A stretch of DNA of 64,000 bases from Dehalococcoidia bacterium (GCA_028279505.1 JANQNP010000004.1:6154-70153); one strand, 5' to 3'. Counted from the stretch's first letter, positions 39,076 to 49,412 are shown. Translations and numbers: made by a program. The notes: generated by a model not told the origin, from the sequence alone.

Positions 39076-41145
39076 GTGACCCTCTCGCAAACCGCCACGC
39101 GCGCCCAGGCGCGCCTCCTTCGCCGCACGCGAGTCCTGATCGAACGCTCGCCCAGCGGCGGCCCCATGATCATGGCTACCTTCATCGGCCTCCTAACCGG
39201 CCTAGGCGCCGCCGCCTTCGAAACCATGATCGACGGCGTCGACGCGATCGCCTTCGACTGGCTCCTCAACGACGTTCTCGCTCCCTGGGGCGACTGGAAG
39301 CTGATCATCGCGCCAGCGCTCGGTGGGTTGCTGGTCGGGGTCTTCACCTACCTCTTCGCTCGTGACGCCCGAGGGGCCGGTGTGGCGCCGGTGCTGCTCT
39401 CTGTCGAGGCGAACGCGGGGCGGATGAACCCGTGGATCGTCCTCACGAAACCGATCGCCTCGGCGTTGACGATCGGCTCCGGCGGGTCGGCCGGGAAGGA
39501 AGGTCCGGTCGTCCAGATCGGAGCCTCGATCGGGTCGACGATCGCGCGGATGCTGCGGCTATCCGACGAGAACGTGAAGTTGATGCTGGCCTCCGGCGCA
39601 GCGGGTGGCATCGCCGCGACGTTCAATGCGCCGATCGCCGGCGTGTTCTTCGCCCTCGAGGTGATCCTGCGGCGCTTCAACACGCGGAACTTCAGCGTCG
39701 TCGTCCTCGCCTCGGTCGTAGCGACCACGACAGCCGTGTTCCTAAGAGGTGACGACCCGACGGTCGGAATCCAGCCGCACGAGCTGGAGAACGCGCTGGT
39801 CGAGATCCCGCTCTACGGGCTCCTCGGCGGGTTGGCCGGGGCACTCAGCGTCGGCTTCATGCGGTCGCTGTACTGGACCGAGGACCGCTTCGCCGGGGCG
39901 CGGCTGCACCCGCTGTTCCTGCCGGCGGTCGGCGGGCTCCTCGTGGGGGCGTTGGGACTCATCGACCGCGATGTGCTGGGTTTGGGTGACGAGACGCTCG
40001 GCGAGGCGCTGACGGGCGACGCTGCGATCCGTGCGCTGCTGGTCGTGATGGTGCTGAAGGTGGCGGCCACGTCGCTGACAATTGGCAGCGGCGGTAGCGG
40101 CGGCGTGTTCGGCCCGTCACTGTTCATCGGGGCAATGCTGGGCGCCGCGTTCGGTGGGATCGTGAACGAGGTGCTGCCGAATCAGACGGCCTCGTCAGGT
40201 GCATACGCGACGGTGGGGATGGCGGCGCTGACGGCCGGGACGGCTCGCTCACCGATCACGGCAGTGCTGATCATCTTCGAGCTGACACGGGACTACGAGA
40301 TCATCCTGCCAGTGATGACGGCGGTCGTGACCGCGACGCTGGCCTCGCAGCTCCTGAGCCGCGACACGATCTACACCTACCGGCTGTCGCGGCGCGGTGT
40401 GGTGATCGAGGAGGAACAACTCCCCGACAACGTGATGCAGACGCTACGAGTGTCCGATGCAATGAGTCCCGTCGGCCTGCGCGTCGATCCGACGGTCCCG
40501 GTGACCGAGGTCGCGATGGAGCTGGCCGACGACCGCGAGACGATCGCGCTGGTGGTCGATGACAATGGCGAGCTGAGCGGCGTCATCACCGACACTGACG
40601 TCACCCAGGCGCTGAGCGCCGGCGAGGAGGCGCTCACCGCGCAGGACGTCTGCACCACCGACGTGCAGACGATCTTCCCCGACCAGACCTTGCACGAGGC
40701 GCTCGGCGTGTTCGCGGGGCGATCGATGCACGCGATGCCGGTGACGCTACGCGAGCAGCCCGGGATGCCCTGCGGGGTGCTGCGGCGGAGCGACATCACG
40801 AACGCCTACGCGTCCGCGATCGAGTCTCGCGATGCGCAAGTGCGGCGCGGCCGCCTCCGTCGCGCGCTGAGCGACGACGTGCGCTACCTGGAGCTGAGGG
40901 TGGAGCGCGGGAGCGTCCTGAATGGGCACCGGATCAGCGAGCTGGAGCTGCCGGCGAACGCGATCATGGTGACGGTGCGACACGACGGGGCGACGATCAT
41001 CCCTCGAGGGCACACGCGGCTGATTACGGGCGATCGGGTGACGGTGATCGCGGCTGCAAGCGCCGTCGATGAGATGCAAGCGATGTTTCGTGCGATGCCG
41101 GAGGACGAAGACCGGCCGCCGTGGCGGCTCGACCGGCCCGACTAG
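39076..41145 (+). CDS. ClC chloride channel/antiporter with CBS pair and TrkA-C (RCK_C) domain
   Basis: GSAGKEGP, FNAPIAG..FALE, GGSGGVFGP, IYT; two CBS domains; C-terminal IIPRGHTRLITGDRV. Confidence 0.92.
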   Translation: MTLSQTATRAQARLLRRTRVLIERSPSGGPMIMATFIGLLTGLGAAAFETMIDGVDAIAFDWLLNDVLAPWGDWKLIIAPALGGLLVGVFTYLFARDARGAGVAPVLLSVEANAGRMNPWIVLTKPIASALTIGSGGSAGKEGPVVQIGASIGSTIARMLRLSDENVKLMLASGAAGGIAATFNAPIAGVFFALEVILRRFNTRNFSVVVLASVVATTTAVFLRGDDPTVGIQPHELENALVEIPLYGLLGGLAGALSVGFMRSLYWTEDRFAGARLHPLFLPAVGGLLVGALGLIDRDVLGLGDETLGEALTGDAAIRALLVVMVLKVAATSLTIGSGGSGGVFGPSLFIGAMLGAAFGGIVNEVLPNQTASSGAYATVGMAALTAGTARSPITAVLIIFELTRDYEIILPVMTAVVTATLASQLLSRDTIYTYRLSRRGVVIEEEQLPDNVMQTLRVSDAMSPVGLRVDPTVPVTEVAMELADDRETIALVVDDNGELSGVITDTDVTQALSAGEEALTAQDVCTTDVQTIFPDQTLHEALGVFAGRSMHAMPVTLREQPGMPCGVLRRSDITNAYASAIESRDAQVRRGRLRRALSDDVRYLELRVERGSVLNGHRISELELPANAIMVTVRHDGATIIPRGHTRLITGDRVTVIAAASAVDEMQAMFRAMPEDEDRPPWRLDRPD

Positions 41146-41170
41146 CGCCGCGGTCTCTCCGCTACGTCGT

Positions 41171-42370
41171 CTACCCGACCGCGAGCGGGAGCTTCGTCAG
41201 GCCGCGCAGCAGCAGCGTACCGCCGCGTTCTGGGTCGCCCTCGCCGCGACCGATCGAGGGATAGCGAGCGAGCAGGGCGCCGAAGGTGACCTCCGCCTCG
41301 AGGCGCGCGAGCGGAGCGCCGAGGCAGAAGTGTGGCCCCATGCCGAACGAGAGGTGGCGGTTCGGCTCGCGGGTCGGCTGGAAGGCCGCCGGTTCGGGGA
41401 ATTGGTTGGGGTCGTGGTTGGCGGCTCCAACCATGATCATCAAGACGTCGCCAGCCTCGACCGTCTGATTGCCGAGCGCGGTTGGCTCGCGCGCGATGCG
41501 GACGACTGCCTGCACCGGCGAGTCGTAGCGGAGCATCTCCTCGATCGCCGCCGGGATCCTGCTCGGGTCTGCGCGGAGGGCGGCGGCGGCTTCGGGATGG
41601 TCGAGGAGGGCGAGCGTTCCGTTGCCGATCAGGTTGGTCGTCGTCTCGTTGCCGGCGACGAGTAGGAGGATCGCGAAGGCGAGGATCTCGTCGGTGGTGA
41701 GCTGCTCGGCTTCCTCGGCGGCGACGAGTGCGGAGATCAGGTCGTCACGCGGGGCTGAGCGGCGCTCTGCGACGAAGCGGCCGAAGTACTCGATCAGCTC
41801 GAGGGTCGTTTCGCGGGCCTCGTTGAGCACGGCCTCCGAGTTCATGACGTCGGTCGTGGCGGCGAGCGCGTTCGACCAGGTCTTGAAACGGTCGCGGTCC
41901 TCGGGTGGGACGCCGAGCAATTCGGCGATCACGATCACCGGGAGCGGCTGCGCGAGGCCCGCCATCAGCTCGAAGCCGCCGGACGACGGCGCAGCATCGA
42001 GGAGCTCCGTTGCGATCTCCTCGATGCGGGGGCGCAGCTCCTCGACGCGTCGCGGTGTGAAGACGCGGTTGACGATGCCGCGCATGCGCGTGTGCGCCGG
42101 CGGGTCGATCGAGAGCAGCGTCTGTGCCTCGCCGAGGGGTGACTGGGCGCGCTGCTCGCGGATCGCTTCGCCGAGCTGACCGCCGGCGTGACGGCCGTCC
42201 GAGGAGAACGTGGCCGCGTCTCGGAGGACGGTGATGCAGTCGTCGTAGCGGGTGAGGATCCACGCCTGCATGGCGATGCTGCGGTGGACCGGGTCCTCGC
42301 CGCGGAGTCGCCCGTACTGCAGGTACGGATTCGCCTTGAAGGAGGGGACGAACGGGTTGAAGACGGCCAT
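41171..42370 (-). CDS. Cytochrome P450
   Basis: DPPAHTRMR, AGNETT, EEMLR, heme motif FGMGPHFCLG. Confidence 0.96.
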   Translation of the reverse strand: MAVFNPFVPSFKANPYLQYGRLRGEDPVHRSIAMQAWILTRYDDCITVLRDAATFSSDGRHAGGQLGEAIREQRAQSPLGEAQTLLSIDPPAHTRMRGIVNRVFTPRRVEELRPRIEEIATELLDAAPSSGGFELMAGLAQPLPVIVIAELLGVPPEDRDRFKTWSNALAATTDVMNSEAVLNEARETTLELIEYFGRFVAERRSAPRDDLISALVAAEEAEQLTTDEILAFAILLLVAGNETTTNLIGNGTLALLDHPEAAAALRADPSRIPAAIEEMLRYDSPVQAVVRIAREPTALGNQTVEAGDVLMIMVGAANHDPNQFPEPAAFQPTREPNRHLSFGMGPHFCLGAPLARLEAEVTFGALLARYPSIGRGEGDPERGGTLLLRGLTKLPLAVG

Positions 42371-42521
42371 GGCGTCGATCGTACCGCGAGTGCTGTGCGG
42401 CGGCCGCGTCGCTCGGCGCCTCTACCCCAAAAGGCCGTGAACCGTTTCGTTGGTATCGTCTGAACCGAGGTCGGCGAACGCCCGGGAGCCGGCTCAGCGA
42501 GCAATTCCAGGGGAGCGATCC

Positions 42522-43883
42522 GTGGCCGCGACCGAGGCCTATGCTCCGCAGTACGCGTCGCGCCCGCCGATGGGGCGCTGGCGGCGGACGCTCCCGCTCG
42601 CGGGGACGGTGACGGCGCTGTGGTTGCGCTGGCGGTGGCTGCGGATCCAACGCCGCATCCGTGGGACCGAGCGGATGACCGAGGCGACGCACCGCTTCCA
42701 CCAGCAGGCCGCGGTGGCGGTCGTGCGACGGGCGCTCAAGCAGCAGGGCCTGATCATCAAGACCTGCCAGTTCCTCGGCAGTCGCGCCGACATCCTGATG
42801 GACGAGTACGTGCGGACGCTCTCGCTCGTCCACGACCAGGTGCCGCCGCGACCGTGGGCGGAGATGCGACCGTTGATCGAACGGGAGCTCGGCGGGTCGA
42901 TCGCCGACCTGTACGCGGAGTTCGACCACGAGCCGGTCGCCGCCGCCTCCCTCGCCCAGGTCTACCGCGCGCGGCTGCACGACGGCACCCGCGTCGCGGT
43001 GAAGGTGCAGTACCCCGGGGTCGAGCGGATCGTGCAGCACGACCTCGATGCGCTGCGGATGCTGGTGAACATCTGGGCCAAGTTCGAGCAGGTGATCGAC
43101 TTCCGGCCGATCGTTGACGAGATGGCGCGCAACGCGCCGGAAGAGGTCGACTTCGTCCACGAGGGTCAGGCGGCAGAACGGCTCGCGGCGCTGCTCGCCG
43201 ACCGCGCCGACGTGGTGGTCCCGAACATCCACTGGGATCGTTCGTCGCGGCGCGTGCTGACGATGGACTACATCGACGGCGTGAAGATCAGCGATGTCGA
43301 ACGCCAGCGTGAACTGGGGATCAACACGCCCCAGGTCGCTGAGTCGCTGATCGACCTCTACAACACCATGATCCTCGAGCGGGGGATGTTCCACGCCGAC
43401 CCCCACCCGGGAAACCTGTTCGTCGTGCCGCCCGAGGAACCCGGCGGGAAAGCGCGGATTGGCCTCGTCGACTTCGGGCTGACCAAGACATTGCCAGACG
43501 AGTTCCGGGAGCAGTTGATCGTGCTCACGAGCGCGATCGTCAGCGAGCAGCCCGAGGCAATCACGGGGACGATGGAAGGCATGGGCTTCCGCACCCGTGA
43601 GCGGAACGATGAGACCTATACCGCGCTCGGCGAGGCGTTCCTCGGCGACGTGCTGCGCTCCGGGAAGCCGTACGCCGACCAGGAGATGGTGGCCGACATC
43701 AACGAGCGGCTCGGTGCGGTGCTGCGCTCCAACCCATTGGTGGACGTCCCGGGCGACGTGATCCTGATTGCCCGCGTGATGGGGCTCCTGTCCGGGCTCG
43801 GGAAGATGCTGGAGTCCGAAACGGACCTGCTCGACGCTCTACTCCCCTATCTCGACCCTGACGCCGAGGCGGTTGCCGGCTAA
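42522..43883 (+). CDS. ABC1/UbiB (AarF) family atypical kinase
   Basis: IKTCQFLGSRADI, AAASLAQVYRA, VAVKVQYPG, FHADPHPGN, DFG; start uncertain (42450 or 42522). Confidence 0.92.
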   Translation: MAATEAYAPQYASRPPMGRWRRTLPLAGTVTALWLRWRWLRIQRRIRGTERMTEATHRFHQQAAVAVVRRALKQQGLIIKTCQFLGSRADILMDEYVRTLSLVHDQVPPRPWAEMRPLIERELGGSIADLYAEFDHEPVAAASLAQVYRARLHDGTRVAVKVQYPGVERIVQHDLDALRMLVNIWAKFEQVIDFRPIVDEMARNAPEEVDFVHEGQAAERLAALLADRADVVVPNIHWDRSSRRVLTMDYIDGVKISDVERQRELGINTPQVAESLIDLYNTMILERGMFHADPHPGNLFVVPPEEPGGKARIGLVDFGLTKTLPDEFREQLIVLTSAIVSEQPEAITGTMEGMGFRTRERNDETYTALGEAFLGDVLRSGKPYADQEMVADINERLGAVLRSNPLVDVPGDVILIARVMGLLSGLGKMLESETDLLDALLPYLDPDAEAVAG

Positions 43884-44016
43884 CGATTCTCGCGCCGCGT
43901 CCCTGACATCAGTCTCGATTTCCGTCCAATACATCCCGAGAACGCTGTCGATCCGACGGTCCTCCGCCCGTCGACTACGTGAGCGTCGTCCGAATGGCCG
44001 ACTTGCTGTCGGGTGA

Positions 44017-44032
44017 ATGAATGATTATTCAT
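44017..44032. promoter_or_regulatory. Putative TetR operator (inverted repeat)
   Basis: AT-rich palindrome ATGAAT-gatt-ATTCAT immediately upstream of tetR-mmpL in a GC-rich background. Confidence 0.6.
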
Positions 44033-44081
44033 CTTTGTGACGAGTGGCACGATGTATGACGTTGTACGAGCCGGAGTAGCC

Positions 44082-44726
44082 GTGGTTCCGTCATCCGACG
44101 CCTACCTGGAAGAGCGCAAAGCGGAGATCCTGAACGCGGCGCGAGCCGTGTTCATTCGCCATGGCTTCGAGCGCGCGACGATGCAGGACATCGCGACCGA
44201 GGTCGGGATCAGTCCCGGTGCGATCTACCGCTACTTCCCCAGCAAGGACGACCTGATCACGGTCGTGTGCGCGGCGGCCGGTGCCGCCGAGATGCGCGCG
44301 TTCGAGGAGCGACGCGAGGGTCAGAGCGCCCTCGAGCTGCTGATCGAAGGAGGCCGCGAGGTGTGGGAGGGGCTGCTCGACGCGGAGGCCCTCGACACGG
44401 CGCGGATGAACCTCGAGGCGACGGTCGCGGCGATGCGGCACCCGGAGACCATCGGCGAGCCGCTCCGCGAGGAGATGAACGGCATCCGCGAGCACATCGC
44501 GGAGGTGGTGCACCTCGCGCAGGCCGAAGGCTCGATCGATCCGGAACTGGACGCGGCGGCGCTCGGCTCGTTGCTGCTCTCACTGACGCTCGGAACGCAG
44601 ATGTTGATGGTGCAGATGTCAGGTGACGTCGACGCGGACGCGATCTGGCAGCTCACCACCCGAATGGTGCGGGGCCTCGGCCCTGAGGAACTCCAGGGGC
44701 TCACGCCCGGGAAGGCGAAGCAATGA
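44082..44726 (+). CDS. TetR/AcrR family transcriptional regulator
   Basis: ILNAARAVFIRHGFERATMQDIATEVGISPGAIYRYFPSKDDL; alternative start 44037. Confidence 0.93.
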   Translation: MVPSSDAYLEERKAEILNAARAVFIRHGFERATMQDIATEVGISPGAIYRYFPSKDDLITVVCAAAGAAEMRAFEERREGQSALELLIEGGREVWEGLLDAEALDTARMNLEATVAAMRHPETIGEPLREEMNGIREHIAEVVHLAQAEGSIDPELDAAALGSLLLSLTLGTQMLMVQMSGDVDADAIWQLTTRMVRGLGPEELQGLTPGKAKQ

Positions 44727-47170
44727 ACAGTCTTGGATTCACAGGGCGGATGGCTGCCGCGAGCGCACGGCGGCCCTGGACGGTGATCATCGCCTGGGTG
44801 GCGGCGATCGTGCTGTTGCAGGGCAGCGCTGGGGCGATGGGCGGGGTGTTCACCACGCAGATTGAGTTCACGAACGACCCGGAGTCGCAGCGTGGCCTCG
44901 AACTCCTCGAGACGGCGCGCGGACCGATCCCGCTGCAGGAGACGGTCGTCGTCAGCCATCCGACGCTGTTAGTGGACGACCCGGAGTTCGAGTCGTTCGT
45001 CACCAGTCTCACCAACGACCTCCGTCAGCACCCTGAGGACCTTGTCGCGGCCGCGACGATCTCGTACTACGAGGCGGTGCAGGCCAACGTCCCAACGGCC
45101 GAAGGCCTCGTGAACGACGAGCGCACGCGGACGATCATCCCGACGCAGTTCGTCGGTGAGCTGGACGACTCCGCGCCTCGCGTGGAGGCGCTGCACGAGA
45201 TCCTCGACGAGGCGGCGGCCGGCACTGAATTCGAGCTGCTGTCCGCGGGGTTCGCGAGCATCAACGAGGAGTTCAACGTCGCGGCTGAGGAGGACCTCAG
45301 CTCCGAGGCGTTCGTGCTCCCGCTCGCGTTCATCATCCTGATCCTGGTCTTTGGCGCCGTCGTCGCGGCGTTCCTGCCGATGGGCATCGCTGCGCTGTCG
45401 TTGGCCGGATCGTTCGCGGTGATCACGCTGATCTCCGAGATCTGGCCGCTCTCGACCTTCGTCTTCAACGTGACGCTGATGATCGGGCTCGCGGTCGGGA
45501 TCGACTACGCGCTGTTCATCGTCGAGCGCTTCCGCGAGGAGCGCGCGATTGGCCGCGAGGTGGTCGACGCCGTCGGCATCGCCGGCGACACGGCGAGCCG
45601 CGCGGTGCTGTTCTCCGGCCTGACGGTCGTGATCGCGCTGCTGGGCATGCTGATCGTCCCGACCAGCATCTTCCGCTCGTTCGGCATCGGCGCGATCTCG
45701 GTCGTGCTGTTCGCGGTGGCGATCTCGCTGACGCTGCTACCAGCGGTGCTGCGACTGATGGACGACCGCGTGAATCTGGTACGGCCGTTCTGGGGCCTCG
45801 TGGTGCTCGGTGGACTGGGTGCCGTGCTATTCGCCGCCGGGTCGCCTCCGGTCCTGGTCGCGGTGACGGTCTTTGCGGCAGGGATCCCGGCCGTGCTGAC
45901 CGTGTTGCGGGGCGGCGCGATCGGCCTGCACGCCGAAGAGCTGAACGCCGAGGACTACGAGCACCACGCCGAGCAGGGGTTCTGGAGCCAGGCGGCACGT
46001 GCCGTGATGGCGCGGCCGTGGATCAGCGTCATCGGCAGCGCGGGGCTGCTGGTGGTGCTCGCGATCCCGTTCCTGCAGATCGAGCTCGGCTTCTCGGGCC
46101 CCTCGGCGCTGCCCGAGGACCTCGAAGCACGCCAGGCGTTCGAGATCCTCGATGAGGACTTCTTCGCCGGGGCGAGCACGCCGACCGACATCTCAATCCA
46201 GGCGAGCGATGTGTCGACCCCTGAGATTCAGGACGCGATCCAGGAGCTGTTCGCCGCGGTCGAAGCAGACGTCGACGCCAACGTGCTCGTCCCGAGCCTC
46301 GGCGCGCCCGACGTGACGACCCTGATGGAGTCGCCCTCGGACGGCCGGATCGCGGTGAACGGCGACAACACGCTGGCGCTGGTGTCGATCGCGTTCGCCG
46401 GTGACACGGCGAGTGAGCAGGCGCTCAACGCGTTCGACCGGGTGCACGACGACTACGTGCCGGCGGCGTTCGCCGGCACCGGCGCCGAGATCCTGATGAG
46501 CGGCCAGACGCCGAATAACAGCGACTTCTTCGCCAGCGTCGAGACGTACACGCCGATTGTGTTCGCGTTCGTGCTCGGACTGTCGTTCATCCTGCTGTTG
46601 CTGGTGTTCCGCTCGATCGTCGTGCCGCTGAAGGCGATCGTGATGAACCTGCTGTCCGTGGGCGCCGCCTACGGGGTGGTGGTCGCGATCTTCCAGCTGG
46701 GCTGGGGCGCCGATCTGCTCGGCTTCCAGACGGTCGACAAGATCGAGGCCTGGCTGCCGCTATTCCTGTTCACGATCCTGTTCGGCCTGTCGATGGACTA
46801 CCACGTCTTCCTGCTGAGCCGGATCCGCGAGCACTTCGACTCGACGCACGACAACACCGGCGCGGTGGCGTACGGACTGCGGTCGACGGCGAACATCATC
46901 ACGGGCGCGGCGGCGATCATGGTCGCGGTGTTCGGCGGATTCGCCCTCGGCGACCTGACGATGTTCCAGCAGATGGGCACCGGCCTCGCGGTCGCGGTCT
47001 TCCTGGACGCCACCGTCGTGCGGACGATCCTCGTGCCGTCGGCGATGCAGCTGCTGGGTGACCGCAACTGGTACATGCCGAGCTGGCTGCTGTGGCTCCC
47101 GGACCTGCGCGTCGAGCGCGAGCCGGGTTCCGCACCGGCCGCCGCCGCCGCGAGCGGCGGAGGCGACTAG
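44723..47170 (+). CDS. MMPL family (RND) transporter
   Basis: GLAVGIDYALFIVERFREE, FGLSMDYHVFLLSRIRE, DATVVRTILVP; ATGA overlap with tetR. Confidence 0.93.
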   Translation: MNSLGFTGRMAAASARRPWTVIIAWVAAIVLLQGSAGAMGGVFTTQIEFTNDPESQRGLELLETARGPIPLQETVVVSHPTLLVDDPEFESFVTSLTNDLRQHPEDLVAAATISYYEAVQANVPTAEGLVNDERTRTIIPTQFVGELDDSAPRVEALHEILDEAAAGTEFELLSAGFASINEEFNVAAEEDLSSEAFVLPLAFIILILVFGAVVAAFLPMGIAALSLAGSFAVITLISEIWPLSTFVFNVTLMIGLAVGIDYALFIVERFREERAIGREVVDAVGIAGDTASRAVLFSGLTVVIALLGMLIVPTSIFRSFGIGAISVVLFAVAISLTLLPAVLRLMDDRVNLVRPFWGLVVLGGLGAVLFAAGSPPVLVAVTVFAAGIPAVLTVLRGGAIGLHAEELNAEDYEHHAEQGFWSQAARAVMARPWISVIGSAGLLVVLAIPFLQIELGFSGPSALPEDLEARQAFEILDEDFFAGASTPTDISIQASDVSTPEIQDAIQELFAAVEADVDANVLVPSLGAPDVTTLMESPSDGRIAVNGDNTLALVSIAFAGDTASEQALNAFDRVHDDYVPAAFAGTGAEILMSGQTPNNSDFFASVETYTPIVFAFVLGLSFILLLLVFRSIVVPLKAIVMNLLSVGAAYGVVVAIFQLGWGADLLGFQTVDKIEAWLPLFLFTILFGLSMDYHVFLLSRIREHFDSTHDNTGAVAYGLRSTANIITGAAAIMVAVFGGFALGDLTMFQQMGTGLAVAVFLDATVVRTILVPSAMQLLGDRNWYMPSWLLWLPDLRVEREPGSAPAAAAASGGGD

Positions 47171-47198
47171 GCCGAGTCAACCAAACGGCAACCAATAC

Positions 47199-47238
47199 CA
47201 ACGGGCCGGTGCTGAGCACCGGCCCGTTGTTCGTCTTT
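47199..47238. terminator. Intrinsic terminator between convergent MMPL and vWA-FHA genes
   Basis: Inverted repeat CAACGGGCCGGTGCT-g-AGCACCGGCCCGTTG followed by TTCGTCTTT. Confidence 0.8.
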
Positions 47239-47275
47239 GAGGGTGGATAATCGCGGTGGGCGGAGCGCGCCTCGG

Positions 47276-49351
47276 CTAGGCAGCGTCGACGGCTGCCGAC
47301 TCTGCGACAGACCGCTCGAGCCAGACCGAGACGTCGCCGATCTCCATCACCGACTGCGTGAGAATCGCCTCGTCCTCGACGTTGCGGTCCCGTCCATCGA
47401 CAGCGACGGGGCCGAACTGGTGCGCCTTCACCTCCTCGCCCTCGCGGGCGATGACGAGGTGCACGAACCGCACGGTTTCGCCGTCGAGCGTGACCGTGCA
47501 GAGTTTCGACGCACCGATCGAGACCGGCTCGTAGCCGACCTCGACGCGTCGCGTCTGACCGTCGGCGGCTCGCACCATGACGACCCATTCCGCCGGGCGA
47601 ATCGGAGTTGGCTCGTTCTTCGAGCGGCGATCGAACATCGAGAACCGGGGCTTCGAACGGCGCTCGATCCGCCGAGGTGCCTCCGGCTCGTCGTGCTGCG
47701 GCTCCTCGGCCAGAGGAGCTGCCTCGACCTGCGCCGACTCCGGCGGCGATGCCTGCTCGCGCGCGGGCAGCGGGATCGGCTCCGGCGCCGGTACGGTCTC
47801 GCTCTCCTCGGCAGCCCCGGCAACCGCCTCGAGCGCGCTCGGACCACCGCGCCGCGATGCGCGCCGCCGTCCGAGGACGAGCGCTAGCACGACGAGGGCG
47901 GCTGCACTCGCGAGGATCAGTGGCGAGGCCCAGACCGACGAGGATTCACCTCCGTCGGCGGCCGGGTCAGGCGTCGTGGTGACGGGGTCGAGGACGGTGG
48001 TCGCCGAGACCTGCTCGCTCGCCACCACCTCGCCGACGGAGCGCGCCTCGAAGGTGAGCATGCCGCTGGAGGGTCGGTCCACCTCGAGGGTTCCGGTGGC
48101 GCTCTCTGCGGTGGTCGCGCCATCGACGACCGCGACGAGCGTGTCAGCGGACCCTGGCTGGGCGAGCAACGTGGCGACGAGCGTCTGATCGTTGCTCTGG
48201 TCAACCGTCAGAGCCGGCGTCAACGTCGGAATCGTCACCGACTGCGTTGCCGCGCCCGCCAGGGCGCCGTCCACGGTGGCGTTCACCTCGATGGTCGCGC
48301 CGCCGGCGGCGAAGGCCCACGGGTCGATCGACGCGGTACCGTCGGCTGCGAGCTCGAGCGCGGCGCCGCCGAGGGTGGCAGTGACCTCGTAGGCGCTCAG
48401 CGCGGCCGGGGTGGTGACCTGGAGCGTCAGCGGGTCGGCTGTCTCGGCACCAGGTGTGACGGCGAGCGAAAGCAGGCCGTCGTTGGTCACCTCGAAGGTC
48501 GCGAGCGGCGCTGCTCCGGTCTCGCTGCTGACCTGCAGCTCGTGCGAGCCGATCGCAAGCGCGGGGGCGGTGACGGTCAGCGTACGTGCCGGCTCGGCCG
48601 CGCCGAGGAGGCTCGTCGCGCCGGAGAGCGCGGCGACCTGTGTCGCGTCGCGGACAACACCGTCGGTCGCGAGCGGCGCCAGGTAGCCGATGTCGACGCT
48701 GCCGTCGAAGACCATCGACTGCACGTAGACCGACGCGTCGGCGACCGCGGCGATGCTGGCGTCGCGGGTGTGCGTCGAGAGGGAGCCCCAGTCCCAGCCA
48801 TAGGTGACGAGGACGATCAGGGTGGGACCACCGCCGGCGGCGAGTTCACCCGCCGTCGCGACGCCGGAGTAGAGCGCGCTGCCGCCATCGAGGGTGATCG
48901 CATTGACCGCCGTGTCGAAGGCGGAGCGGTCCGTGGTCAACGGGAGCGCCACCGAGGCGCCGCCGCCAAAGGTCACGATGCCCACCTCGTCAGCCCCGCC
49001 GAGCGAGTCGACCAGGCCGCTCATGGCCGATTGCACCTCGAAGAGCTGAGCGGGCGTCATGCTGACGCTGTTCTCAACGGCGAAGACGACGCGCACGGGC
49101 GAGCCCGACGCGCTCTCGCTGACCTCGAAGGGGACGGGCTCGCCGTCGATGGTGACGCTGAGGGTCGCCAGCTCCTCGGGCGTGCCGCTCAGGGAGGCGG
49201 TGGTCGTGCCGTCGGCGCTGTGCGTGACCGCGCCGAGGGTGAGCGCGCCCGTGGTCTGCGCGGAGGAGTTCCGCGGCACGACAACCAGCAGGATGACGAT
49301 CACCGACAGACCGACCAGCAGCGGTCGCAGGGTTCCGCTCACTCGAGGCAT
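47276..49351 (-). CDS. Membrane protein with extracellular vWA and beta-rich domains, TM helix and cytoplasmic degenerate FHA domain
   Basis: Signal peptide (..SSA|Q), vWA (VFAVENSVSM, GIVTF, SALYSGV, IVLVTYG), TM PLILASAAALVVLALVL-GRRR, FHA-like C-terminus (VSIGASKLC...VHLVI...MEIGD). Confidence 0.72.
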   Translation of the reverse strand: MPRVSGTLRPLLVGLSVIVILLVVVPRNSSAQTTGALTLGAVTHSADGTTTASLSGTPEELATLSVTIDGEPVPFEVSESASGSPVRVVFAVENSVSMTPAQLFEVQSAMSGLVDSLGGADEVGIVTFGGGASVALPLTTDRSAFDTAVNAITLDGGSALYSGVATAGELAAGGGPTLIVLVTYGWDWGSLSTHTRDASIAAVADASVYVQSMVFDGSVDIGYLAPLATDGVVRDATQVAALSGATSLLGAAEPARTLTVTAPALAIGSHELQVSSETGAAPLATFEVTNDGLLSLAVTPGAETADPLTLQVTTPAALSAYEVTATLGGAALELAADGTASIDPWAFAAGGATIEVNATVDGALAGAATQSVTIPTLTPALTVDQSNDQTLVATLLAQPGSADTLVAVVDGATTAESATGTLEVDRPSSGMLTFEARSVGEVVASEQVSATTVLDPVTTTPDPAADGGESSSVWASPLILASAAALVVLALVLGRRRASRRGGPSALEAVAGAAEESETVPAPEPIPLPAREQASPPESAQVEAAPLAEEPQHDEPEAPRRIERRSKPRFSMFDRRSKNEPTPIRPAEWVVMVRAADGQTRRVEVGYEPVSIGASKLCTVTLDGETVRFVHLVIAREGEEVKAHQFGPVAVDGRDRNVEDEAILTQSVMEIGDVSVWLERSVAESAAVDAA

Positions 49352-49412
49352 CCGTGCCGCTCCGCTCCGTGCGCTTGGTCGAGGTGGCTCGAAGCCATGT
49401 GCTTGTCGAGAC

